Origin: Octopus sinensis
Lineage: Eukaryota
NCBI RefSeq assembly: GCF_006345805.1
Contig: NC_043011.1
Coordinates: 56,804,464-56,868,463, forward strand
Length of the DNA: 64,000 nucleotides
Reading direction: 5' to 3'
Shown here: one piece after another, positions 38,704 through 52,400 of the stretch
How positions within the stretch are numbered: the first letter of the stretch is position 1
How the letters are laid out: each line of letters opens with the position of its first letter
Position numbers and translations under genes: made by a program
The notes under the pieces: model-generated
Database searches by the model: none
What the model saw: only the letters and a program-made list of their open reading frames with translations
Told to the model about the DNA's origin: nothing

Positions 38704-39038
38704 TATGTGTATATATGTATATATATGTGTATATATGTATGTATATATATGTGTATGTATGTATATATATATGTATATATGTATGTATATATATATGTGT
38801 ATATATGTATGTATATATGTGTATATATGTATATATGTGTATGTATGTATGTATGTATATATATATGTATGTATATATATATATATGTGTATGTGTGTAT
38901 GTATATGTATGTATGTATGTATGTATATATGTATATGTATGTATGTATGTATGTATATATATGTATGTATGTATATATATATATATATGTATGTATGTAT
39001 ATATATATATGTATGTATATATATATAATGTATGTATG

Positions 39039-39069
<31 letters not shown>

Positions 39070-39175
39070 ATATATATATATGTATATGTATGTATGTATA
39101 TATATATGTATGTATGTATATATATATGTATGTATGTATGTATATATGTATGTATATATATATATGTATATATAT
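38546..39175. repeat. About 630-bp compound (TA)n/(TATG)n microsatellite
   Basis: Direct reading. It is the source of the 149-267 aa Y/I/H/M/V/C ORFs. Confidence 0.97.
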
Positions 39176-39389
39176 TAAAGCTGATGACTCTATGTGAGTC
39201 ACTGATTGGAGATTTTCGTTTCTGATTCTTCAGGATTTGGAATAAAAATATTGAATAGCAACTCACTCAAGCTCAGCTTTGAATAAATAAAGGTTATTCC
39301 ACTCAACCTAACAATCCCATTGAGTGGTTTTTTTTTCCATATAACTTTAGTTCACTTCAATGTGAAATAACACACACAAACACACACGT

Positions 39390-39799
39390 GTATAGCTTGG
39401 CTGTGCAATAAGAAGTTTGCTTCCCAACTACATGGTTCCAGGTTCAGTCCTACTGCATGGCACCTTGGGTGGGTGAGTGTCTTCTTCTTTAGCCCTGGGC
39501 TAATCAGACATTGTGAATTGATTTTAGTAGGCAGAAACTGAAAGAAGCCCATCGTATATATGTGTGTTTGTGTGTGTGTGTGTGTGTGTGTATCTGTGTT
39601 TGCCCCCTACCAGTGCTTTATGACTGATGTTGGTGTGTTTACATCTCTGTAACTTAGCAGTTTGGCAAAAAAGATCGATAGAATAAGTACCACATTTAAA
39701 ACATTAAATACTGGGGACGATTTGTTCCACAGAAATTCTTCAATGTGGTGTTCCAGCATGGCCACAATCTCATGACTGAAACAAGAAAAAGATAAAAAG
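39390..39799 (+). mobile_element. tRNA-derived SINE, family A
   Basis: Colinear with 22962-23372. Confidence 0.85.
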
Positions 39800-40783
39800 T
39801 GTGTGTATGTGTGTGTGTATGTATATATAAATACATATATTATGGGAAATGGAAGGTCAAGGATGTCGGTTGTTCCATCTCAGTCTAAGAATCTTTAGAC
39901 TAATGTAAATGTTATATTGAGTAAATACTATTTACCACTCGCATATATCACCCTTACTTTCACATCCCATAATGTCCCATGCCAGCATGGGTTGGATGGT
40001 TTGAGAGGATCTAAAGGGTCCAAGAACTGCATCCAACTCCAGTGTCTGCTTTGGCATGGTTTCTATGGTTGGATGCCCTTCCTAACACCAGCCACTTGCA
40101 CATACATACACACATCATCATCATCATCATCATATCTGCTTTTCCAAGCTTGTATGGATCAGAGAGACTTTGTCGATGCTGTTTTTTTGTATGGATGGAT
40201 GCCCTTCCAGTCACCGACCCTCACTTGTTTCGAAGCAAAGAAATATTTTCTTATTGGCCAGACTTGTTATTGCAGAATATTGGAAATAAGTGGCATTCAT
40301 TTACAGCATTCGTGTGATGTCAAGACAAGGAGACAAACATACATGTATACACACACCCATCCATACATACATGCATGCATGCATGCGTTTATGTATGTCT
40401 ACAATGGGCTGCCTACCAGATCCATTCACAAGGCTTTGGTTGGCCTAGGGCTATTATCAAAGGCACTTCCCCAAAGTGCCACACAGTGGCACTGAACCTG
40501 AAGCCATGCGGTTGGGCAAGAAACTTCTTATCTACAAAGCCTAAATTTGCTGTTAGTTGTTTTGTTGTGTTTCAGATTAAAACCACTTAATCACAAACTA
40601 TCTCAGTTTACCTGGTTTTCAGGAAAGAACGGCTACTTTATCTATAGGAAAATGGATCTTATCAGTGACCAAAGAAGTGTCCTTTTGATGTGGAGAAAGA
40701 ATTTATTTACATCCACTTCATACTGTGAAACTGGAGCCAAGAACTGGTTCTTATGAAGTTCTTCAGACTTTTACGAGCCATTT

Positions 40784-40833
<50 letters not shown>

Positions 40834-43800
40834 TAAATGCTAGCTTGTTACCAGTTTACAATTAAAAGGATGATCTCATTTTCTCTCTCTCTCTTCCTCT
40901 CTCTTAGACTAAAGGGCAGGAGCCTAAAATGTTAAATTCTTCACTCTTTAAGGCAACTGAACCTATCAAACCAACTATTGTTGACAGACCATTCTTAGTT
41001 TCTTTGAATTACAGAGTTTTTGTATGTAAACACTAAACTTCTAGGAGTATTAGATAAATCTCGCTCAGATCGGATCCTAGCATCTGAAAAATAGAAAATG
41101 GTACATTGGGTAAATCCCTCCTAGTCACACCACACCTGGAAAAAATAATAGAAAGATGGAATGGTCATGGCTGGAATGTCTGTCATTTTAGGTTTGTTGA
41201 CTCTGATTTTTACTCATGTGATTTTGGTTGTTTAGTCCTTCTGTGACCATATTCCAAATGAAATACAAAGTATGTGTCTCATTGAATTTTTGTAAATGAT
41301 TAAGAATTTGGAGGAATCTAATAAAATAACCAACCTTTTCATCATTAAGCTGTTAAGTTTTAGACCATAACTCAAGGTTCTTTTATTAATTTATGGTGAA
41401 AGGTTTTATATATTAAAACACGGACATTTTAAAATGAGAGGTTTTGTATCATAAAAGTGAAGGCTTCAGGTGGATTGTCATCCAAAATTTTAAAAGATTT
41501 ATTACTTGTAGCAATAATTTCTTACCCTAGGGATTTCTCTGGTTAGCCATTGCTCTCTTAACACCTGTTTTCTCAGCCTTGACTATCCCTCCATTTGAAA
41601 CCCTATCTATATTGTCTCTTCCATTTTTTTCTTTCCTCCTTCCACAATGTGTCCCCAATCTCACCATTCCCTTGCTTCTTTCTCTCCTCCACCTTGGTTA
41701 CCCTCTTACTCATCCTGTTAGACATGTTGCCTTAATCAAACACAGTGTACACTAGTGAGAGCCTCTTTCGTCACGCAGGGTACAAGGCTACATAACTAGT
41801 GCTGGTGCCACATTAAACTGTACCCAGTTCATTCTGTAAAGTGGTATGAAAACAAGCAAAGATAACATAGGGTTGAGAAGCCTCTTTAGTCCTGTTCTTT
41901 AGTGTTGCTGCTCTGACAAAATTCACCTGTCAACTCAGTAAAAAGGTTGATGGTTGAAAGGTCATTCACCCATAGAAATCACATCACATAAAACTTATGG
42001 GTGCAATATGCTCCTATGACATTTCTGGGAAGATAGTAACTCCCTCCAAATGAGACCTGATTTGAACTGTGACCTTCTGTCCAATCCATACAAGCATGGA
42101 AAGTAGACAAAATGATAAGGATGATGAAAATGTTAAAGATGACAATGGTGGTGATGGTGATGGTGATGATGATAACTTACAACAACCAAGGTCAGAAATT
42201 TTATTGGGTAGTTAACGAGAGATTCTGTGATGTTCACACCTTTCTCAAGGGCAATTGCAAACTAATTGAAGTGAATTGGCTTCAATCTGGAATTGACAGA
42301 GGAACATAGAATTAATCAGTTCATTGGGAATGTAATAACAGAACAACAAAATTTCTGTTTGGAATAATAGAGTTTGAAGTAAAAGAACTAAACCATATCG
42401 TTGTTTGTGACAGCTTTCATTTCTTCTTCTTCAAAGTCTCTCTCTCAGACACATTACTAATTCTATCAATGCCGATATTATCTCAACTAAGTCGCTGACA
42501 TTTTCCCCTCCATTCTACTTTTTTCCTCCACACGCTCTAAAACTTTACAAACAACAATGGTTCGCTCCTTTACAATAGATACAATTTTTATTTATAATCT
42601 AAAACTCTTTCATCCTATTTTTACGTGAATACTCTTTAAACTCATTCATCCTATTTTTGCTTAAATATTCTTTAATGAAATTCTTGTCGGAGAAATGCTG
42701 TCCATTTAGATGCCGTCTCATTATAGCACTAAATCAAAGTCGAATTGGTTTTACTGTTTGAAAACTGAATCGTTTATAATCAAAGACTAAAAGTGAATGG
42801 TTGGATGGTTGGTTGGATGGATGGATGGATGGATGGAAAGTAAATTTAGGACTTCAGTTAAATGTTATTTTGAAGCAATGTCTTCAAAAGAAAGAAAGAA
42901 AACGGGGGAAAAAAAACTGCTAGAGAAGCTATGTTGGTGGACTCTAGAGAATTCTCACCTTATGTTTACCAACAATGGAAAAATCAATATTAAAATACTG
43001 ATGATGACTGATAGATGTATTGAGATCAAAAGATACTTTGGGTCTCGACTAGCCTATTTTGGTAACAGAATTGCTTGTGTGTTTTTCTCTTTGTTTTATA
43101 CATTTGTTTCGTTTTTGAGTGATTTACTACAATTTTCTTTCTTTTTTTTGTTTCTGGAATTATGATGTAGTGCAACGGCTTTGTGGTTAGAAAGTTGGAC
43201 TTTGTTATGATAAATAAATGTGATATAGCAGAAGCATTGTGAAATGTAATTAAAAGTAATTGAGAAAGCTGCAGCATCACAAGTTAGAAAGAAAGAGGTG
43301 GTGGTGGTGGAGGCGATGGCAGTGGCCGTAGCAGTGAAGATGAAGACTTGTTTGATCAACTGAATTACTTGCTCCTGTATTAACCATTTGAAGTACCCCA
43401 CGGATACCAACAGTGGAACTCTCAACATAATTCTCAGGCAGAATCAATATGACAGTTTGTGTGACAAGGCTGAATCATACGAATTACAGCTACAATCCAA
43501 CTGGCAGGCTTCCGTACAGTTTCCATCTATCCAGTTTCACTCACAAGGTACAAGTTGACATGAGGCTATAGAAATTGACCTTTTGTCCAAAATGCCACCT
43601 CGTGGGATCAAACCTGGACCTTGCAGTTGTGAAACAAACTCCTTAACCATTCAGCTATTCTGAACCTGTAAAAGGGTCAGTGTTGATAGATTTGACCCTT
43701 TTGATATCAACCTGTCTGAAACTGCCCCATTTTCTGTGATACAAACTTCCTATTTTGAAGTATTTTAAATTAAGACCTACCATTACTGTTTCATGCTAGT

Positions 43801-43959
43801 TTATCTTCCAACTTAATAACTGCAGAATTATTAGGATGGGAAGCAAACTCGACTTTGACAGAATATAAAGATTGGCAAAGTGCAGCATTTCATCCTGTCT
43901 GCTGATGGTTTTGCTAGCTTGTCACTGAAAACATTTTTATTATCATCATTATTATTGAG

Positions 43960-44231
43960 TTGATAAATAAGTACCAGTTGAGTACTGGGGTTGATGTAAT
44001 TGACTAGCCCCACCCTCCCCCACACCTGTTGGCCTTGTGCCAAAATTTTAAACCATTATCATTATTATTATTATATTCACTAGGTTCTGAGTTCAAATTT
44101 TGCCGAGGTCAACTTTGCCTTGCATCTTTTCGGGGTCGATAAATTAAGTACCAGTTGAGTACTGGAGTCAATATAATCAACTTACCCCTCCCCCAAATTT
44201 CAAGCCTTATTACTATTATTATTATTATTAT
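43960..44231 (+). mobile_element. Two adjacent family-B SINE fragments with (ATT)n tails
   Basis: GATAAATAAGTACCAGTTGAGTACTGGGG and GAGTTCAAATTTTGCCGAGGTCAACTTTGCC...AAGTACCAG, each followed by an ATT run. Confidence 0.75.
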
Positions 44232-45348
44232 CTTTGCCGTTGCACAGCTTCTAACACTGGAGATGTACTATAGTGTCAGTTGTTCACTACCAGTGAACTA
44301 AGGTAACACCTCTTATTTTTTGAGCACCTTCTGGAGTATTTGAGTGGTTCCAAGCAGTGCTGTTTTCAACAAGTGCTCCACCCTTATTGCAGGCCCTATT
44401 TGTTCCATGTACTTCTCAAGACTTTTACTCACCGTTCCCAGGGCTCTAGCAATTATTGGTACTACTACTATCTTTTTCATCAACCACAACTGCTTAACTT
44501 CCCAAGCTAACCTGTCATATCTCTTGACTTTTCTTTCTTCCTTATCGCATAACTTGTTGTCAGCTGGGCATGCTATATCTATGATCCAGCATAGTTTGTT
44601 TTCTTTCTCAATGAAGACTATGCCCAACTTCCTATTTTCAATCTCATGGTTGCACTGAATCATAAAATCCCATAGGATTTCTATTTTCGACAATGCCTTC
44701 ATGTTTGTGGTCGTACCAAATTTTTGCTCTGTCAAGTCCATACTTGTTGCAAAGTATCCAATGGACAAGCCTGTCTATATTGTCGTGGCATCTCTTATAT
44801 TCCTTCTGGGCTAGTGGCATACATTGGCTGGTAATATGCCATACAGTTTCATTGTTTTTCCGCAGATTCTGCACTTATCACTTTCCGTTGTGTTGTCTAT
44901 TCTGTATTTTATGTAGTTGGTTCTTAGTGCTTGCTCCGTTTCCGGTTTTAAATCACTTTTAGTCATCCACAGCCATCTTTTTTCTCTGTCTGTCTTATCT
45001 TCAACATCTCTATGAAATTGTCCATACATTCTTTTCTTTACCCACCTATTTTCAGTTTCATTCGTTTTCAATTGCTTGTATTGTGCTTTATCTCTGCAAT
45101 CTTTCATCCTACACAAGCTTGACCTTCTTACTTCTAATAATAGCAGTTCTGTAGCATTTTTTACATACCATGCTTTGTTGATTTCTTCTGCTCTAATGCT
45201 GTGTTCACATCCAATAAGTCCTCTTCCCCCTCTTTTTCTTGGTACGTACAGTCTGTCAGTGTCACTTTTTGGGTGGTGTGACCCATATCTAGTTAGCAAC
45301 TTCCTTGTCTTTCTGTCTAAGCTGTTTAGTTCGTCTACTGTCCATGCG
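44232..45348 (-). mobile_element. 5'-truncated Dong/R4-clade non-LTR retrotransposon (RT thumb, CCHC finger, restriction-like endonuclease), decayed
   Basis: Minus-strand pieces: WTVDELNSLDRKTRKLLTRYGSHHPKSDTDRLYVPRKRGGRGL (RT end); CRICGK..ETVWHITSQC (CCHC); ILWDFMIQCNHEIENRKLGIVFIEKENKLCWIIDIACP...KVKRY...VVVPII..ALGTV...TALLGT..IL.KVL (RLE). There are frameshifts. An 80-bp 3' UTR follows, and ATT runs flank both ends. Confidence 0.85.
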
Positions 45349-45376
45349 ATTATTATTATTATTATTATTATTATTG

Positions 45377-45773
45377 CTAGCAGTATAGCCCAGCATTGCT
45401 CAGGTTTGTTTTCTTTTCGACGCTTTAGAATTGGAATTTTTGAAAAGTAAAAATTTTGCATTATGTAGCTTGTTATTCTCTTTTAGTGAACATTTTTCTG
45501 GTTGAAATACACCGAAAAATAGCAACACAGCAGTCAGTAAATTGTAAACAATAGGGATTTTCATAGAAAAAAAGCACTTTTTTGATGTAAATAATTTTTG
45601 GTCTTAACATGGTCCGATTTGAATTTTTTCTTCTACGGAATGAAGAACAAGCCTTCTTCTATCATACTCTCAATTTTGGTCAACTTGCACTGCAGGATCT
45701 CGGAGGAGATAGCGTTAGCTGAAGGCTACCAAACCTGCCACACACAGACAACTTCAGTTTTATATATAAAGAT
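45377..45773 (+). mobile_element. Non-autonomous Helitron-like element
   Basis: Starts CTAGCAGTATAGCCCAGCATTGCTCAGG and ends CACACAGACAACTTCAGTTTTATATATAAAGAT. This resembles Lep1-type rolling-circle element termini. No TIR or TSD is visible. Confidence 0.55.
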
Positions 45774-46493
45774 TTACTGCGACTGATGGAAGGTGAAATA
45801 CAGTCAAGACTGATGAGATTGATACTATTTTCTGCTTAAACTGCTGCAAGTCAACACATGCTGGAAATATGTAGTAAAAAGAAAAAGAAAAAAAGAAAAT
45901 CAAGGAAATTTCATTAGTCGGTGATTAACTTTTTTATTTTCCTAGCATGTGCTCAAGGGAGATGATTTCAGACATGTTTTGGTTTTATTTAAATCTTTTC
46001 TGCAAAGCATAGGTTGGTAGAGAAATGAATAATGAGTCACTGAATAAATAGAACAAGGCTGCACATTTTATTAGCAAAGGAAAATAGAATTGTTTAGAGA
46101 TTAAATAATCCAGAGACAGCATCTGTATAGAAAACAATGGTTTACTTTAGTGTATTTCTGTATTTATTGCAGTCGTTGTGTTGTGACTTTGGGAAGCAAC
46201 ATTTGTTTGCCTTCTACTTCATCATAGAATTGATTGAAAGTAGGATGACACATAGCACTCTAATAAAATTGGCATGATTCCCGTATTGCAAAAACCTACC
46301 ATTTTATTTATAGGATCTTTGGGTGTAAGAGTGCGGCAATGGGGAATACGAAGAAAATTTTTTTTAATTAAAAATCCAGTGATTATATAAGTTAAGAGAT
46401 CTGCAGCTGCCTGACTCAGTAGAATGTTAGCATTTCAGCTACAGTGTATCTGTTTGCAAGACATTTTACTCTGAGATCACTCGGTCCATCTGG

Positions 46494-46544
<51 letters not shown>

Positions 46545-46559
46545 ATATATATATATCAC

Positions 46560-46870
46560 CATTATCATCATCATCATCGTTTAACGTCCACTTTCCATGC
46601 TAGCATGGGTTGGACGATTTAACTGAGGACTGGTGAACCAGATGGCTGCACCAGGCTCCAATCTGATCTGGCAGAGTTTCTACAGCTGGATGCCCTTCCT
46701 AACACCAACCACTCTGAGAGTGTAGTGGGTGCTTTTACGTGCCACTGGCACAAGGGCCAGTCAGGCAGTACTGGCAATGGCCACGCTCAAGTGGTTTTTT
46801 TACGTGCCACCTGCACAGGAGCAGGTCTAGCAGCACTGGCAGCAACCTCGCTTTAATATTTTTCACGTGT
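46560..46870 (-). mobile_element. Young RTE-tail SINE-like element
   Basis: Similar to 29717-30180 with a (CAT)n tail. Confidence 0.85.
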
Positions 46871-47470
46871 CAGTGTAATTCAGTGTTGTAAGTAGTAGTA
46901 ACCAATTGGAGGTGGGATGGAGGGGGGTGGTTAGTGTGGGGTCAGGGCAGAGCTTATGATCTTTGCTGGGTTCCCAAAGACTGGTGAGATTGGTTTGGTT
47001 CCTGCTGGAGAAACAATTCCCAGAGAGTAGATATTTTTTTTCATCTGACTGTGGACATGCTGGGGCACAACCTTGAAATGCTTAGTCTAACAAATCAACC
47101 CTGGTACTTATTTTATCAGTGTCCTTTGCTGAACCACTAAGTTGCTGGGATGTACTCAGATCAAACCAACACTGGTTGTTGAACAGTGGAGCTGAGCCCA
47201 AAACCTTGCGAGGAAGCAAGCCAGTGCTGCAGCATGGCGACAATGCAGTAACTGAAGCAATTCAGGATTAAAAGATAAATAAAAGGTCATCTTTTTCTCG
47301 CATCATGTCTTAATAGGGTTATTTTTTCTTTAATTAGCCATAGCCAAACTCCTTGTATAATCCAAGCATCTCTAATTGTCTTGAGGAAATGTTAATTTTA
47401 ATCATCCTCAAGCTGTTATCAGTCTTAATTGAAGTTTGGTTGATAACTATTAATTATTATTATTATTATT

Positions 47471-48027
47471 GCGTGAGAGAGCAGTTCATGCCATCAAAGT
47501 GACACTGGGGTAAAATATACGAAGCCCAATATACCCATCATGACTACCCGTCTGATAAGGGTACACCAGGCACATGCATCACAACCATATGTGTGCGACA
47601 TGGTGATCTCATATCAAGATAAACAGCGCATGACCTTGCAGGTGGGGCCCGGTTAGAATTTTCTTCAGGTTGAGTAGCCCATCCCGCTCAAAAGGTCCCT
47701 GAATAAGGGTTGTTTAAGGATGTTGAAAGAACCACTCATGTTTCCAGAGGTGAATTATTCAAACCCCAAAGAATCCCTCTCAACACATGGCTATGATGCT
47801 CCCCCACTACTTCTGCTCGTGATCAGAGATGCACACATCGTCAGCCACTAAGGGACATGCTCAACTGGTTAAGCTCAAACAACTGACAAGCAAATCTGTG
47901 GTATTGAGCAGAATATTTGCTGTAGCCCATCTTTTATACCAAGACAAAACACTGTACATGATAACACTTCCAATCAGTTAAGATCAGAAGCCATGAGAGC
48001 CACTGCCTGGTACTGCATCAGGGCATT
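47471..48027 (-). mobile_element. 557-bp non-coding element embedded in a (TAA)n tract
   Basis: A more GC-rich, CpG-retaining block with sharp edges and (ATT)n directly on both sides. No ORF of 60 aa or more in the track. Confidence 0.55.
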
Positions 48028-48310
48028 TATTATTATTATTATTATTATTATTTTTATTATTGTTAATCCAAAGCATTGATGTCTAGATACACATCATCCT
48101 GTTTGAAGTACGTTAATAATAATCACCGTGTATTAAGCAGAAAATCCTAACCAACTATTACTACTACTACTAGTAGTATAATATTACGTTTGAGATTACC
48201 AAATACCTGCCTGCAAATAGCATATTACTCAATTAGAAGCAATTGTAAACAAGGAAGAAAGCAGTTTTTAATTTGGAGAGCAAATGGGTTCTAAATAAAT
48301 AATATATATA

Positions 48311-48396
<86 letters not shown>

Positions 48397-48682
48397 TATG
48401 GTGGTTAGTGTGTTGCACTCATCGTTTCAGAATCATGGTTTTGATTCCCAGACTGGGTGGTGCGTTGTGTTGTTAAGCAAAACATTTCGTTTTGTGCTGC
48501 TTTGCAATCGCTTCAACGTCTGACATGTGGCGCACCTGTGCACCTGTACAGGTAATGTTGATTCGTTGGAGGGAGTGACCTGATATACAACACAAACATT
48601 TGATGGCTATATACAACTCACCTGTGCAGGTTGTTCAAGAAGACATTGCACAACTTCCATCTGTTGTTTACAACAAGGGAGT

Positions 48683-48719
<37 letters not shown>

Positions 48720-48769
48720 TCATCATCATCATCATCATCGTTTAGCGTCCGTTTTCCATGCTAGCATAG

Positions 48770-49082
48770 GTTATTCTTTTATTCTTCTTTTAGTCATTTG
48801 ACTGTGGCCATGCTAGAGCACCGCCTTTAGTCGAACAATTCGACCCCAGGACTTATTTTTTGTAAGCCTACTACTTATTCTATCAGTTTATTTTGCCGAA
48901 CTGCTAAGTTACAGGAATGTAAACACACGAACATCAGTTCTCAAGTGATGGTGGCGGGACAAACATACACACACACACATATAGTAGAAGACACTTGCCC
49001 AAGGTGCCATGCAGTAGGACTGAACTCAGAATCATGTGGTCAGTAAGCAACCTACTTACCACACAGCCACACCTGCGCCTAT
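48770..49082 (-). mobile_element. Family-A SINE with central deletion
   Basis: Colinear with the reverse complement of 22962-23372 but lacks the roughly 65-bp central block. Confidence 0.8.
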
Positions 49083-49108
49083 ACACACACACACACACAC
49101 ACACACTT

Positions 49109-49139
<31 letters not shown>

Positions 49140-49906
49140 TCCATACATATATATAATGTACATTTGCTGTTATAAGTATTGAGTTCTTATTTAGACTCAA
49201 AGGGATCATAGGGTTAGGTAAATCACCTTCAGTATTTTACTGGTATTTCTTTGGGCCGGTGAGAGAGCCTGCATGTGGACTGTCAAGTTACTAGAAATGG
49301 TAACTGGATCTCCCGAATATCAAATCCCATCAGTTGAGAAAAAGGACGAACATATTGAAGAAAATAGCTGTAGATATAAAAGGAAGACATGATGACTGTA
49401 TCTGGAATGTATTTGATCATAGGTTTGATATATTGGGGTTCACTTGGGGCTGTAAATAACATCCAGAATTGCTACTGCTTATTTTATAGAGTGTTTTGAG
49501 GTGAAGAATAAAGACATCTTTGATGAGGTTTGAACCTGGAACCTTATGAGTCCAGAGTAAACATCATAAAGTATTCAGTCTCTTGCTCCATCGTTTCTAT
49601 TTACTCACTGCCTTTCCTCTGTTGTAATTAGATTTATATTCTTACATGTGTGTTTGGTATGTATGTCTATTATAATATACATACATGTACACACACACTC
49701 ACACACACACACATTACATACATATACACAGCTCTCTTAAAAGCAAATAAACACCTCCTTATATATATATATATATTCAGTATTAATAAAAAGCATATTA
49801 CTCTACCTTCGGTATTTGAGTACTATTTTTTCCACCTTGTTTTGCATTTGTGTATTGCGGTCTAGCCTCCTTAATTTATATATATATATATATATAGATA
49901 TATATA

Positions 49907-50215
49907 TATCATCATCATCATCATCATCATCATTTAGCGTCCGCTTTCCATGCTAGCATGGGTTGGACGGTTCAACTGGGGTCTGTAAAGCCAGAAGGCT
50001 GCATCAGGCCCAGTCTGATCTGGCAGTGTTTCTACGGCTGGATGCCCTTCCTAACGCCAACCACTCCGTGAGTGTAGTGGGTGCTTTTTACGTGCCACCC
50101 GCACAGGTGCCAGACGGAGCTGGCAAACGGCCATGGACGGATGGTGCTTTTTACGTGCCACCGGCACGGGAGCCAGGCGAGGCTGGCAATGGCCACGATC
50201 AGATGGTGCTTTTTT
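49907..50215 (-). mobile_element. Young RTE-tail SINE-like element with three internal repeat units
   Basis: Similar to 29717-30180. Confidence 0.85.
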
Positions 50216-51889
50216 ATATATATATATATATATCATACACTCACACACACATCTAAAATGAGGGGTGTTTATTTACTTTTCAGATATCTTTGTGTGTGTG
50301 TGTACATACATTCATACAGTTGGTTTTTACTCCATACGTATCTTTAGGTCTGTACATAACTCTACCTGAAACTCTAGCTATTCATTCTCTGTTCAGCCAG
50401 CAAATATTTCCATTTTCGTTCCTTCTCTCTTTCTTTCTTCTCATCCGATTCTAACATTCTCTATGTTTGCAAGTTGTTATTCAAATATACAACCTTAAAA
50501 CAGTGTCTGGGATTTCCTTACCATTATTATCCTTAGCATCATTCTGTTTTTCATTGTCTAAAACTACTCTCTTACTTCAACTCTTACACATGCGCTTTTG
50601 TTTTATATTTTTCTTATCTTTATTGTTATCGTGTCTCGTTAAATTATCATGTTTTGATCACTGATACAGCACCATATGCTGGATTTCCACATTGTTAATT
50701 ACATGGTCTGCTCCTCATTGCATTATATTCCTAATTACACACATTTCATTAATGCTCGGCTCTAATTACTCTCGCCACCTACTCCACTAACACCCCACCC
50801 CACCATTGTCACATATTTCCTGACTCTTTGACTCTTGAAACCAATGCAGTTTATTTCCATTTTGTTGTCCGTCATATTTCTACTAAATACAACCAACAGC
50901 AAGCGTTGCTCTTCAGTTGGTCGGTCATTAATACTTTGTTTGGTTTAACCAACCATTTAATATTTTATATTTGACTTTGTATATTTAGGATAGACACTTG
51001 CCCGCTGAAGAAACATTTTTTGGCTAGCATTTGTGTTTGTTTTTTTTTTTCTTTTTGCTTTTTTTTTTGGTAGAATTAATTTATGAAGCAGACAAATGTG
51101 ACAAATTAAACAATAGTTAACCCATTAATTTATAAAGTTTTGTTCCACAATTAATTGCAATTAAGTCACCGAATGAAAAATAACACACTATGATATGAAA
51201 TAAACAGAATGGATGAATAAAAGAATGATTATGCAACAATTTGGATTTGTGAAATGTTAAAATAGATGTGAACCGCATTGGAAGTGGAAATAAACATTTG
51301 GCATTGCATTATTTTATGACTGACTTGTTTAGAGGACTCTGCTAATTAATAGATCAAGTTAGTGTTATCATATTTTGTAAAGAGAGCATTAATTAGCATT
51401 AATTAGATTTACATGGAGAAAAACAAAAATAATGTGACTAACATTTTTATTTTCCTGGGTAACAACTCCTGATTTGTTTCAATCTTATTCTGAACTCATC
51501 ACCAGTGTTTATGTTACTGTGTGCCTGTCTACCCTTTTTTTTTACTGATGGTAGGATAGATATTGAGGGTTTAAACTCAGGATCTGAGAGTACTTGGGTC
51601 CAAGAAAGGCTGTTTATATGTTGGATTTTATTCCTACAACTCTAAAATCATAAAAGCTACCCATGTCTTGGCCACCGTAATTTATAGCTTCTCTTCAAAA
51701 GGAGACTGTTTGTTATTCTTAAATATACAACCATTGATTATATTTGTAATCAAGGAAAGGGCTGTGATCATCTTAAGAATCTCTCTGATTTTCAGCTGAT
51801 ATAACAACCGAATTGAAGAGACTATAGACTGTGTTTTGCAATCTAAATTCACATTTCTCAAAACCAGTATTGAGTTTGAAATGCAAGAC

Positions 51890-51936
<47 letters not shown>

Positions 51937-52400
51937 TTCTGGTAATTAGCTGTAAGTGAGCTATTTAAGAATAGAAAGTGAAAATAAGTCATACACATTA
52001 CCCCTAGCATGGAATTATCATGGAAACTTTTAGCAAGAAGCATTAAATTAATAATTCTCACAATGTCAACTGAAATATATTCTCAGAATATTAATACTTA
52101 ATTTTTTCATATTTTCTTTGATAACATTAATGAGAACTGTAACAGACAACATCTCAATGTGTGTGTGTGTGTGTGTGAGTGTGCAGAGTGCAGCTTGTAG
52201 CTGTGCATTGAGCCTAATTTATTTAACGCTACATTATCAATTCAGACAGCACTGGTTATTGGCTGCTGTTACTGGTATATAAATAAATCAAACTGGAGTG
52301 ACACTGAGAACTTTCTTCCCTATCAGAAAGAAAACGATTTTGTTATCAAACAAAAGAAACACAGCTTGTGAGATTCAAGAGTTTTTTTTCAAGTTCCTAC

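Noticed and set aside
38463-39266. ORFs of 149-267 aa (also 8281-8944, 11859-13243, 13668-14354, 1276-1825, 35360-35784)
   Set aside because: These are translations of microsatellites that lack stop codons. They have no complex sequence.
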